The position numbers were made by a program, and so were the translations under genes. From an uncultured Eubacteriales bacterium (GTDB lineage Bacteria > Bacillota > Clostridia > Oscillospirales > CAG-272), in the NCBI GenBank assembly GCA_934486825.1, contig CAKSQF010000001.1:34905-98904 (forward strand): DNA of 64,000 bases. Reading direction: 5' to 3'. This document shows positions 54,615 through 62,541 of the stretch, piece by piece. How positions within the stretch are numbered: position 1 is the first letter of the stretch; every line of letters starts with the position of its first letter. Below the pieces are notes generated by a model. The model was not told where the DNA came from and searched no databases. It worked only from the letters and a program-made list of their open reading frames with translations.

Positions 54615-55535
54615 ATGGATTGGAAACAACTCAGAGTATCATGCTCAAAAGGCGATCTTGACAATGTGTGTGCTTTCATGAGCATGCTTGATAACGGACT
54701 GATGATCGAGGATTACAGCGATATCGACGAAAATCTGAAGCCCATGTACGGGGAGCTTATCGATGACAGTATATTGCATGCCGACCCAGACAGATGCTCG
54801 GTCAGTATATTTGTCCCGGAAGAAAAGCCGCTTTCCGAATATCTTTCGTTCGTAAACGAAAGATTGTCCTGTCTCGGTATCAGGGGAACGGTTGATGTCG
54901 TCGGCGTTAAAGAAGAAGACTGGTATAATGCATGGCGTGCGTATTATAAACCGGTGCATATAGGAAACAGACTTACGGTTGTGCCCGCATGGCAGGAATA
55001 TCATCCGGAGCCGAGTGAAATAACAATAAAAATGGATCCCGGTATGGCGTTCGGAACGGGTACGCATGAGACCACGCGGCTTTGCGCCGCAATGGTCGAA
55101 AGGCATATGCCTGTCGGAGCGAGAGTGCTTGATATAGGAACCGGGAGCGGAATATTGTCGCTTTTCGCACTGAAGCTCGGCGCAAAAGAGGCATATGCGT
55201 ATGATATAGACCCGGTTGCCGTGAGAGTCGCACGTGAAAACGCCAAGGATAACTGCGTGGAGAACTTTTTTTGTGACACCTCCGATCTGCTTAAAAATGT
55301 TGATCTTTCGCACGGTCCTTTTGATTTCGCAATGGCAAATATCGTTGCGGACATACTTATAAGAATGTCGGAAAATGTGTCCGATTACCTGAATAAAGGT
55401 GCAAAGCTCGTCTGCTCGGGAATAATTGAAGGAAGATGTGACGATGTAAAGGACGCAATGATATCGCACGGCTTTGATCTTTGCGATGAAGCTTCCGAAA
55501 ATGACTGGAAGGTACTTGTTTTTGTAAAAAGATAA
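54615..55535 (+). CDS. prmA: Ribosomal protein L11 methyltransferase
   Basis: Carries DPGMAFGTGTHETT and VLDIGTGSGILS (SAM motif I). It sits in the dnaK-operon context. Confidence 0.92.
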   Translation: MDWKQLRVSCSKGDLDNVCAFMSMLDNGLMIEDYSDIDENLKPMYGELIDDSILHADPDRCSVSIFVPEEKPLSEYLSFVNERLSCLGIRGTVDVVGVKEEDWYNAWRAYYKPVHIGNRLTVVPAWQEYHPEPSEITIKMDPGMAFGTGTHETTRLCAAMVERHMPVGARVLDIGTGSGILSLFALKLGAKEAYAYDIDPVAVRVARENAKDNCVENFFCDTSDLLKNVDLSHGPFDFAMANIVADILIRMSENVSDYLNKGAKLVCSGIIEGRCDDVKDAMISHGFDLCDEASENDWKVLVFVKR

Positions 55536-55542
55536 ATATAAA

Positions 55543-55589
55543 ACAGAGGCACGACTGCCGCGGATGTGACAGTCGTGCCTCTGTTTTTG
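55543..55589 (+). terminator. Strong intrinsic terminator ending the dnaK-prmA operon
   Basis: ACAGAGGCACGACTG-loop-CAGTCGTGCCTCTGT plus TTTTT. Confidence 0.88.
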
Positions 55590-55632
55590 TTGTACGGGAA
55601 ACATTTTCGGAAAAAAACGTAAAAAAGCTTCC

Positions 55633-55661
55633 TTGCACCGCGGAATAATATGTGATAAAAT
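55633..55661 (+). promoter_or_regulatory. Sigma-70 promoter in front of the truncated ORF
   Basis: TTGCAC (55633-55638), a 17-nt spacer with TG, then TAAAAT (55656-55661). Confidence 0.55.
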
Positions 55662-55689
55662 AAAACAAATAAATGACCGGAGTTTTGAG

Positions 55690-55824
55690 ATGAATCTGAA
55701 CGTATATGCCGACCCGTCCTTCAGGAAAACCCTTTGGTTTATGCACATTCTGCGCGGTATTGCCGAAGAAGCGGAAAGGCGACATTACCACCCCAAGTCT
55801 GCGGGGAGGGGTAAAACGGGCTAA
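55690..55824 (+). pseudogene. 44-codon ORF that looks like the 5' stub of a longer gene interrupted at the island boundary
   Basis: It has its own promoter and GGAG RBS. The sequence MNLNVYADPSFRKTLWFMHILRGIAEEAERRHY reads like the first beta-alpha unit of a periplasmic-binding-fold regulator (inference). It is then followed by an unrelated basic tail and a stop. Confidence 0.35.
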
Positions 55825-55897
55825 TATCGCGTGAAATGGGCAAATATCTTGCGATTTTGCTCCATATTTTTTGAATTCGAAAATATCTTTCGAAAAA

Positions 55898-55927
55898 ACT
55901 ATGCACTGCAAAATCGCGACTATGCAC
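55898..55927 (+). repeat. Two direct copies of ACTATGCAC spaced 21 bp start-to-start
   Basis: Copies lie at 55898-55906 and 55919-55927. The second overlaps an ATGCACC/GGTGCAT hairpin (55922-55940) that is followed by TTTTT. Confidence 0.8.
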
Positions 55928-56031
55928 CGGATTGGTGCATTTTTTCTTGCGCCAAGGGATCGTAAGACCGCATGAAATTAACGAGCCGAATATTGATTTA
56001 ATTTTGCAATAGTGTACGGCGGTACGCTTGC

Positions 56032-56060
56032 ATTGTAACTCTGACCAAGGTGATTGTCAA
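56032..56060 (-). promoter_or_regulatory. Near-consensus sigma-70 promoter on the minus strand inside the integrase-remnant region
   Basis: On the minus strand it reads TTGACA, a 17-nt spacer (ATCACCTTGGTCAGAGT), then TACAAT. No ORF is evident downstream. Confidence 0.5.
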
Positions 56061-56205
56061 GCCTTAATTCGCATTTAAAAATGTCTTGATTGATAATTAT
56101 TCCAAAGCCTCTGGTGCAGATGATTGAAATAATAATCAGCGTAAAAGCTAATTGAAACGCGTTACATTTCTAAACTGTCAGGCTTAAGAAGAAAATCGTA
56201 TATGC

Positions 56206-56256
56206 TCATACTCTGACGAAATAATTGTTGTTTCCACGTTCTTTGATGTAAGCCAT
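56206..56256 (-). pseudogene. Tyrosine-integrase 5' stub (16 codons, then a stop)
   Basis: The RBS TAGGAGGCTGTT is followed by ATG and MAYIKERGNNNYFVRV*. The M-A-x-I-x-K-R-G-x-x-x-Y pattern is typical of the arm-binding N-terminus of Tn916/ICE-type integrases. The remaining ~250 nt cannot encode a catalytic domain. Confidence 0.45.
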
Positions 56257-56419
56257 AACAGCCTCCTAAAAAAATAGAATGATTGTCAAGCAGTACACCA
56301 TTGCATTATTTCTGCAGAATTAAGACGTTTTTTTGTTATTGTCAGTGTGGAGCGAGTTGCATAATTGTTCGGATTTTTTATGGAAACGCCGGTCATTATC
56401 TTGCATTTCTCTTGCACTG

Positions 56420-56439
56420 ACTATGCACTAACTATGCAC
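56420..56439 (+). repeat. Two more direct copies of ACTATGCAC spaced 11 bp start-to-start
   Basis: Copies lie at 56420-56428 and 56431-56439, in the same orientation as the 55898/55919 pair. Confidence 0.8.
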
Positions 56440-56487
56440 CAAGCCATTAGCGGAATGGTAGAGGCGAATGGAAGCGGCAAAATGAAC

Positions 56488-56527
56488 AAAAAAACGAGCC
56501 AAAATCTTACGATTTGGCTCGTTTTTT
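56488..56527. terminator. Bidirectional terminator hairpin
   Basis: AAAAAACGAGCCAAA-loop-TTTGGCTCGTTTTTT. Confidence 0.75.
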
Positions 56528-56656
56528 GTGCGTTTCATACGAAACTTTGGTACGAGTGTTCATAACAGACTTGCAAAAAGGCGGTCGGACATATTCCTTT
56601 CGTGCCGGTTTTGCCTGTGATACAAGTGAAAAACGAAATTTGAAAGGAAACAAATC

Positions 56657-56782
56657 ATGAAAATTACTTACACAGAAAACAAAAACGGCATCTATTATCC
56701 GAATTTGAGTTTGCCGACAGGCACAACCTATTCCATCGAAAAATATGGTCGGGTGTACCCCCATGAAGGGGTTATGGTGTAA
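56657..56782 (+). pseudogene. TnpV-like N-terminal fragment (41 codons)
   Basis: MKITYTENKNGIYYPNLSLP....KYGR resembles the conserved N-terminus of TnpV-type proteins of clostridial transposons and ICEs (recalled pattern MxITYxxxGDYxxPNLxLP...GKYG). It is truncated and overlaps the convergent HTH gene. Confidence 0.35.
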
Positions 56783-57060
56783 ACATTGCTGGTTTTGCCG
56801 CCGGAAGCGGTGTATTGATGCCGTTTTTCCAGCATTCCTTTGGCACACAGCACCTTGATGGCGCGGTCGACTGTCTCGACTTTTTGAATACCGCATTCCT
56901 TTGCAATCGTGCGTCGGGACGGATACGCAACTCCGGTTTCCCGGTTGCTGTGCATTGCAATGCAGCAGTACACTGCGAGATCGCGCGGGGAGAGTCCCAT
57001 GCTGAAAATTTGATTGTCCACCTGAAAAAAGCCTCCGGGTTGCCATCTTCCCGTCTTCAT
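56728..57060 (-). CDS. Helix-turn-helix domain protein (HTH_36 / replication-initiator-like accessory protein of mobilizable elements)
   Basis: Carries DLAVYCCIAMHSNRETGVAYPSRRTIAKECGIQKVETVDRAIKVLCAKGML, a winged-HTH pattern. Its start overlaps the relaxase stop (ATGA). Confidence 0.6.
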   Translation of the reverse strand: MKTGRWQPGGFFQVDNQIFSMGLSPRDLAVYCCIAMHSNRETGVAYPSRRTIAKECGIQKVETVDRAIKVLCAKGMLEKRHQYTASGGKTSNVYTITPSWGYTRPYFSME

Positions 57061-58547
57061 CGGTCGTTCCTCCCGTCTTTTCTGATGTTTGACGCATTCG
57101 TAACCGTTCCGTCATCCGGCGATTGGTAGCGATCCGGAGCATCGCATTCTATGGTGTGGCGTTCCTCAGGGGGCAGGTCATATTCCCGCCATGTTTTCCG
57201 CATACGCGCGATTCGCTCGGCTTCTACCTGTTGTTCCATGACACCGGAGCGTGTAAGCAGAGCGCGAATATCTTTGCTTTCCCGGCGGATAATCGAAATC
57301 TCTTTTGAAACGGCATGAATTTCGGCTTTCACCGCACGTCGCGTTTCTTCCTTTGTACAACGACGGATCCCGTTGTAAAGATCACTCCGTTCGCGGGTCA
57401 GCGTCGCAAGTTTTGCTTCGTTTCGGTCAAGAAACCGGTCGCAATCTTCCTTTGTTTCCAAATGCTCCCGCCCCATCAGGACCGCCTGCCGTGAGTAAAG
57501 TTCCATTTTATTTCGCGCTTCCATCATATCGGGAGTCAGAGGTTCGTAGCGCTCCGGCGGTTCTTCCGGCGCGAGGAGGTCGGGACCGCCGAGAAGTGCC
57601 ACAAAAGCGCAGACAAGCCCCAACAGCGACGGTTTTCTGCGGTATTGTTCCAAACACCAGGGAAGCGGCGCGGGACGCTCCCGCATTCGCAGGTTGTATG
57701 CGCGGTAGCCCTTGTAATAATGTTCGTAGTCCGGGCGACGGCGGCAACGGTTCATGCGCAGAACGGAATCCATACGTTCGCGTGTAAATTCTTCTCCAAG
57801 GTGATAAATGCGAACCGGTTTTGCCTCTGAAAGTCTGCGGATTGTCGCATATTTTCTCCCGAAATTCGGCTGAAAATCATAGCCCATATCGTGCAGATGG
57901 TGGCAGAGATCATCCCATCCCGAAGAGATCTCCAAAGCGTCCCGAATGGCTTGTGCCATGAGGGAATAGCGTGTTTCCTTTCCCGCTTTTTCGGCAAAGT
58001 GAATCTGCCTCGGTGTCTTTTTACCGGGATTTTCAATCACGGAAAGGCGGTGCATTTGACACAATTCATCCGAAATCCGGCGCAGTTTCCGATATTCACC
58101 CTTGTTGTCATCGTACTTTTTCCCGTCAAGAAAGGACACGCTGTTCCACACAAAATGGTTGTGCAAATGGGCTTTGTTGAGATGGGTTGCAACCACGACC
58201 TGATAGCGATCTCCCCACATTGCACGGGCAAGTGCAACCCCGATGGCATGGCATTGTTCGGGCGTGATTTCTCCCGGCTTGAAGCTTTGACAGGCGTGGT
58301 ACGCAACGTTGCCACCGGTTTTTCCGAAATGTTGCTGTACCCGGAGCATGGCTTCTGTCGGATCGCCGTTACAGTTCAGTGCCGTGATAAAAAGTCGCTT
58401 TTCCTCCATTGGGGCTTCGGTTTTGACCTCGTCAGTTGCATAGTGCAAGGCGGTTGAAAGTCCGACCGCCGTTTTTTGCGGATTGTCTGCATACGCAATG
58501 ACCCGCGCAACACTGTCCTTGATCGGCCACATTTTAGTCGTTGCCAT
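57057..58547 (-). CDS. Relaxase/mobilisation nuclease (MobA/VirD2 superfamily)
   Basis: N-terminus MATTKMWPIKDS...AYADNPQKT and the histidine triad HLNKAHLHNHFVWNSV. The ATG at 58547 lies 6 nt after GGGAGG. Confidence 0.8.
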   Translation of the reverse strand: MATTKMWPIKDSVARVIAYADNPQKTAVGLSTALHYATDEVKTEAPMEEKRLFITALNCNGDPTEAMLRVQQHFGKTGGNVAYHACQSFKPGEITPEQCHAIGVALARAMWGDRYQVVVATHLNKAHLHNHFVWNSVSFLDGKKYDDNKGEYRKLRRISDELCQMHRLSVIENPGKKTPRQIHFAEKAGKETRYSLMAQAIRDALEISSGWDDLCHHLHDMGYDFQPNFGRKYATIRRLSEAKPVRIYHLGEEFTRERMDSVLRMNRCRRRPDYEHYYKGYRAYNLRMRERPAPLPWCLEQYRRKPSLLGLVCAFVALLGGPDLLAPEEPPERYEPLTPDMMEARNKMELYSRQAVLMGREHLETKEDCDRFLDRNEAKLATLTRERSDLYNGIRRCTKEETRRAVKAEIHAVSKEISIIRRESKDIRALLTRSGVMEQQVEAERIARMRKTWREYDLPPEERHTIECDAPDRYQSPDDGTVTNASNIRKDGRNDR

Positions 58548-58971
58548 TCGCATCCTCCCAAAGGTCGCCCGCACGGTAGGCGGCATATTCCCGCTCTCCG
58601 TCCTTGCCGCAGAACTTTTCCGTGACCCGGCGAAAGGTGTTCAGGGACGCTTCTATGGAAGTCAGTTCACCGGAAAAATCCGCGCCGTTTTGCATCTTTC
58701 TGCGTACTTCCGCGCAGAGCATGGAAAGGTCGTCCCGCAGATCATAAAAGGCACGCGGCGGGATTGCACGCACCTGCACACCGCAGGAAAGTTGGCGCAA
58801 CAGTTCCGAAACCGTCAGCCCGACCGCATGGGCAAGCAGTGTGATATGCCGCTTTTCTTCGGGGGTTACCCGCACATTGATGCCAACATCCCGTTCCCGC
58901 TTTGTCTCTTTTGCTTGCCCGCGCAGGAACCGATTCATAGCTTGGCGCTGTTCTTTTTTGCTGTTTGTCAT
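58534..58971 (-). CDS. mobC: MobC-family relaxosome accessory protein
   Basis: Carries INVRVTPEEKRHITLLAHAVGLTVSELLRQL, a ribbon-helix-helix-like MobC signature. It lies directly upstream of the relaxase and overlaps it by 14 nt. An alternative ATG is at 58977. Confidence 0.7.
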   Translation of the reverse strand: MTNSKKEQRQAMNRFLRGQAKETKRERDVGINVRVTPEEKRHITLLAHAVGLTVSELLRQLSCGVQVRAIPPRAFYDLRDDLSMLCAEVRRKMQNGADFSGELTSIEASLNTFRRVTEKFCGKDGEREYAAYRAGDLWEDANGND

Positions 58972-59471
58972 CTTCATTCTCCTTTGCTTTTTTTGATGTG
59001 GGATGTAAGAAATGCGGGGCGAAACGGCGGGGTTATAGGGGCGGCACAGCCCCAATCGTCCGAAAAGGACGCAAGGAAACGGGATTGCCTGCCATACACG
59101 GTGGCAACACCGTGCGGCAATACCTTTCCTATGCTCGCTAAACGACCGGACAGCCTCTTTCAGCGCTCCCGTTTCGCGTATTGCCCGGAAAAAAACAGCA
59201 AAAAAGCCGCTCACAAAAGAAATACCGAAACCATGCACATGGTCTGTACTTCCTATGTAAGCGGCTTATGCCACAAGCGGGAGAACCCGCAAAAAAATAT
59301 TTGGTTGAATATGTTTAACCCTGCCGGGCAATCCTGATACTGGAGGAGTCTGCGCCGATGAAGGGCATATAGAATACCACAATTCTTGCCGTTTGTCAAG
59401 ACATTTTGGAAAAGTTTTTCGGAAAAAGTTGTCGAATGGTCGCAAATTGTCCGAAAAGAGGACAGAAAGAC

Positions 59472-59500
59472 TTGCAAAATGTTCCATGATATGGTATACT
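59472..59500 (+). promoter_or_regulatory. Sigma-70 promoter of the XRE-hsd operon
   Basis: TTGCAA (59472-59477), a 17-nt spacer ending TGG, then TATACT (59495-59500). Confidence 0.6.
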
Positions 59501-59535
59501 ATAAAATGAGAAAAATTAAAGCCGGAGGGAACCCA

Positions 59536-59838
59536 ATGGATGAACGGCAAAGAGCAACGCTGATCCGCAATATGACCGACAACCTGCCCACCCTGCGCAA
59601 GCGGATGGACATCTCGCAGGCAGAGTTTGCCGCGCTGATCGGCGTCAGCCGCAGCACGCTTGCGGCAATCGAAAATCATAAACGCCCCATGACATGGAAT
59701 ATGTTTCTGGCTCTGCTCCTGATCTTTACGAAGAACAAGGAGACGGACAAGCTGTTGAACGCGATGGAGATTTATACAGACGAGCTGAACGGGATTATCA
59801 AACACAGAGAACAGGACGGAGGACAAAACAATGGCTGA
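59536..59838 (+). CDS. XRE-family HTH transcriptional regulator, translationally coupled to hsdM
   Basis: Carries [38 protein letters not shown], an HTH_3 pattern. RBS is GGAGGGA. Its stop overlaps the hsdM start (ATGGCTGA). Confidence 0.75.
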   Translation: MDERQRATLIRNMTDNLPTLRKRMDISQAEFAALIGVSRSTLAAIENHKRPMTWNMFLALLLIFTKNKETDKLLNAMEIYTDELNGIIKHREQDGGQNNG

Positions 59839-61333
59839 AAAAACAACCGCCGACATCGGCTTTGAAAAACAGATATGGGACGCCGCGTGCGTGCTGCGCG
59901 GGAATATGGACGCCTCGGAATACAAAAATGTGGTGCTGGGGCTTATCTTCTTAAAATACATCTCCGACCGTTTCGAGGAGAAGCACCGCGAGCTTGTCGC
60001 GGAAGGCGACGGCTTCGAGGAGGACATCGACGAATACACCTCCGAGGGGATTTTCTTTGTGCCGCAGGGCGCAAGATGGGGCGACATTGCCGCCAAGGCG
60101 CACACACCGGAGATCGGCACAGCGATTGACGAGGCGATGCGCGCGATCGAGAAGGACAACAAGCGCCTGAAAGACATTCTGCCGAAAAACTTTGCCCGTC
60201 CGGAATTGGACAAGCGGCGGCTGGGCGAGGTAGTCGACCTCTTTACCAACATCCGCATGATCGAGCACGGGGACGAAAAAGACATTCTCGGCAGAACCTA
60301 CGAATACTGCCTTTCCAAATTTGCCGAGCAGGAGGGCAAACTGGCGGGCGAATTCTACACGCCGTCCTGCGTGGTGCGCACACTGGTGGAAGTTCTGCAA
60401 CCCTATCACGGGCGGGTGTATGACCCCTGCTGCGGGAGCGGCGGAATGTTTGTGCAGTCGGCGAAATTTGTCGAGAGCCATACCGGAAATATCAACGACA
60501 TTTCGGTCTACGGGCAGGATTCCAACCCGACCACATGGAAAATGGCGCAGATGAACCTTGCCATTCGCGGTATTGATGCCGACCTCGGCAAATTCAATGC
60601 CGATACCTTCTTTAACGATTGCCACCCGACCCTGCGCGCGGATTTTATCATGGCAAATCCGCCGTTTAACCTCTCGGATTGGGGCGCGGACAAGCTGGCG
60701 GACGATGTGCGGTGGCAGTACGGAATGCCGCCGTCCGGCAACGCCAACTTTGCATGGCTTCAGCACATGATTTACCACCTTGCGCCAAACGGGCGCATCG
60801 GCATGGTGCTGGCGAACGGCTCGCTGTCCTCGCAGTCGGGCGGTGAAGGTGAAATCCGCAAAAATATCATCAATGCAGATCTGGTGGACTGCATCGTTGC
60901 CATGCCGACGCAGCTGTTCTATACCACGCAGATTCCGGTTTCGCTGTGGTTCCTCTCCAAGAACAAGAAGCAGAAGGGCAAAACGCTGTTTATTGATGCG
61001 CGCAAGCTCGGCACGATGGTCTCGCGCAAGAACCGCGAGCTGACCGACATGGACATCCGGAAGATTGCCGACACCTACAACGCATTTGCGGACGGCACGC
61101 TGACCGACCAAAAAGGCTTTTGCGCCGTGGCGACCACGCAGGACATCGCAAAGCAGGACTACATTCTCACTCCGGGGCGATATGTCGGCATTGAGGAGCA
61201 GGCGGACGACGGCGAACCGTTCGATGACAAAATGAAGCGCCTGACCGGAGAACTCGCAGGGCTGTTTGAGAAGTCGCACGAGTTGGAACAGGAGATACGC
61301 GAGAAACTGGGGGCGATTGGGTATGAGGTGTGA
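59831..61333 (+). CDS. hsdM: Type I restriction-modification system, DNA methyltransferase subunit M (N6-adenine)
   Basis: N-terminal HsdM_N region [41 protein letters not shown] motif [11 protein letters not shown] and catalytic IMANPPFN. Confidence 0.93.
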   Translation: MAEKTTADIGFEKQIWDAACVLRGNMDASEYKNVVLGLIFLKYISDRFEEKHRELVAEGDGFEEDIDEYTSEGIFFVPQGARWGDIAAKAHTPEIGTAIDEAMRAIEKDNKRLKDILPKNFARPELDKRRLGEVVDLFTNIRMIEHGDEKDILGRTYEYCLSKFAEQEGKLAGEFYTPSCVVRTLVEVLQPYHGRVYDPCCGSGGMFVQSAKFVESHTGNINDISVYGQDSNPTTWKMAQMNLAIRGIDADLGKFNADTFFNDCHPTLRADFIMANPPFNLSDWGADKLADDVRWQYGMPPSGNANFAWLQHMIYHLAPNGRIGMVLANGSLSSQSGGEGEIRKNIINADLVDCIVAMPTQLFYTTQIPVSLWFLSKNKKQKGKTLFIDARKLGTMVSRKNRELTDMDIRKIADTYNAFADGTLTDQKGFCAVATTQDIAKQDYILTPGRYVGIEEQADDGEPFDDKMKRLTGELAGLFEKSHELEQEIREKLGAIGYEV

Positions 61334-62504
61334 GTATCGTCAGCTTGGAGATGTGGCAATACAATTTATAGATGGCGACAGGGGAAAGAATTACCCAAGC
61401 AGCAACGAATTCTCAAATGTTGGCTATTGCCTTTTCTTAAATGCAAAAAATGTAACTCCGGATGGATTTTCTTTTGGTGAAGTATCTTTCATAAGCCAAG
61501 AGAAGGACGCCATGCTCCGAAAAGGAAAGCTGGAAAAGAACGATGTGGTATTGACCACACGCGGCACAGTTGGTAATGTAGCTTTTTACGGGGAGAGAGT
61601 TTTGTACTCTAATGCAAGAATCAATTCTGGAATGCTTATAATTCGCCCTGATCCATCCGTTTTTTTTCCGGAATATGTATATTGGTTGTTTCGTTCTGAT
61701 ATTATTCAAAATCAAATTAAAAGATTTTGTTCAGGTATGGCGCAACCTCAACTTCCGATTTCTTCAATTAGAAAATTTGAGATTCCATTGGTTAACATTA
61801 AAACTCAAAAGAAAATCGCCGCCATTCTTTCCGCACTGGATGAAAAAATCGCTACAAATCGGGCGATAAACGATAATTTAGCTGATCTCCTGCAAACGAT
61901 ATATCAAGAGCGGTTCGGCAATGACATTTTGGCAGTAAATCAGGGAGTCCTCTCGGATATTTGCTCATATTCAAGAGACAAAGTAGCTGTCTCTGAGTTG
62001 AACGTCAGAACCTACTTCTCAACGGAAAATATGCTGTCGGGAAAAGCTGGTTCAACCGAGGCGACAAGCCTACCAACTACATCACAGACAACCGCTTGCC
62101 ATAAAGGTGATACGTTGATTTCCAACATTCGTCCTTACTTTAAGAAGATTGTCTACTGTGAGGACAAATGTGGCTGCTCAACCGATGTTCTTTGCTTTAC
62201 GCCAAGTCAGCCGCGATACTCGACGTACCTATTCAGCACCCTATATGCCGACAAATTCTTCGCATTTATGGTTGCTGGATCGAAAGGAACAAAAATGCCT
62301 CGTGGAGATAAGCAACAGATTATGACATACCCTATTGTTCTACCATCAGAAGAAGAGTTAGCCAGGTTTAATACCATTGCTTTACCGCTTATTGATCAGA
62401 TTTATTCTTATAGGGCTGAAAACAAGCGACTTTCTTTACTGAGAGATACACTTCTTACCAAGTTGATGTCCGGCGAGATTGATGTCTCTGACATTCAGCT
62501 CTAA
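61323..62504 (+). CDS. hsdS: Type I restriction-modification system, specificity subunit S (two target-recognition domains)
   Basis: Its ATG overlaps the hsdM stop. The central conserved helix is [33 protein letters not shown] and the C-terminal one is [22 protein letters not shown]. Confidence 0.88.
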   Translation: MRCEYRQLGDVAIQFIDGDRGKNYPSSNEFSNVGYCLFLNAKNVTPDGFSFGEVSFISQEKDAMLRKGKLEKNDVVLTTRGTVGNVAFYGERVLYSNARINSGMLIIRPDPSVFFPEYVYWLFRSDIIQNQIKRFCSGMAQPQLPISSIRKFEIPLVNIKTQKKIAAILSALDEKIATNRAINDNLADLLQTIYQERFGNDILAVNQGVLSDICSYSRDKVAVSELNVRTYFSTENMLSGKAGSTEATSLPTTSQTTACHKGDTLISNIRPYFKKIVYCEDKCGCSTDVLCFTPSQPRYSTYLFSTLYADKFFAFMVAGSKGTKMPRGDKQQIMTYPIVLPSEEELARFNTIALPLIDQIYSYRAENKRLSLLRDTLLTKLMSGEIDVSDIQL

Positions 62505-62541
62505 GCCGCTAAATTATCATTCATTATAAAAGGAGCGTATA

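Noticed and set aside
54645-55748. 367-aa minus-strand ORF
   Set aside because: It is antisense to prmA and runs through the strong prmA terminator.
56270-56410. Possible excisionase (Xis) gene upstream of the integrase stub on the minus strand
   Set aside because: The only ORF there (MTGVSIKNPNNYATRSTLTITKKRLNSAEIMQWCTA) shares at most a TLTI string with Tn916-type Xis. It has no convincing HTH pattern or RBS, so the evidence is too weak to call.
56507-57142. 211-aa minus-strand ORF
   Set aside because: It is in a different frame overlapping the better-supported HTH gene (56728-57060) and the terminator at 56488-56527. It is arginine-rich, typical of an out-of-frame GC-rich translation.
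58483-59337. 284-aa plus-strand ORF
   Set aside because: It is antisense to mobC and the relaxase 5' end. GC-rich DNA generates long spurious frames.
59266-61279. Two long minus-strand ORFs (339 aa and 442 aa)
   Set aside because: Both are antisense to the XRE gene and hsdM, which carry clear catalytic motifs ([12 protein letters not shown]). They are Arg/Ala-rich shadow frames of GC-rich sequence.
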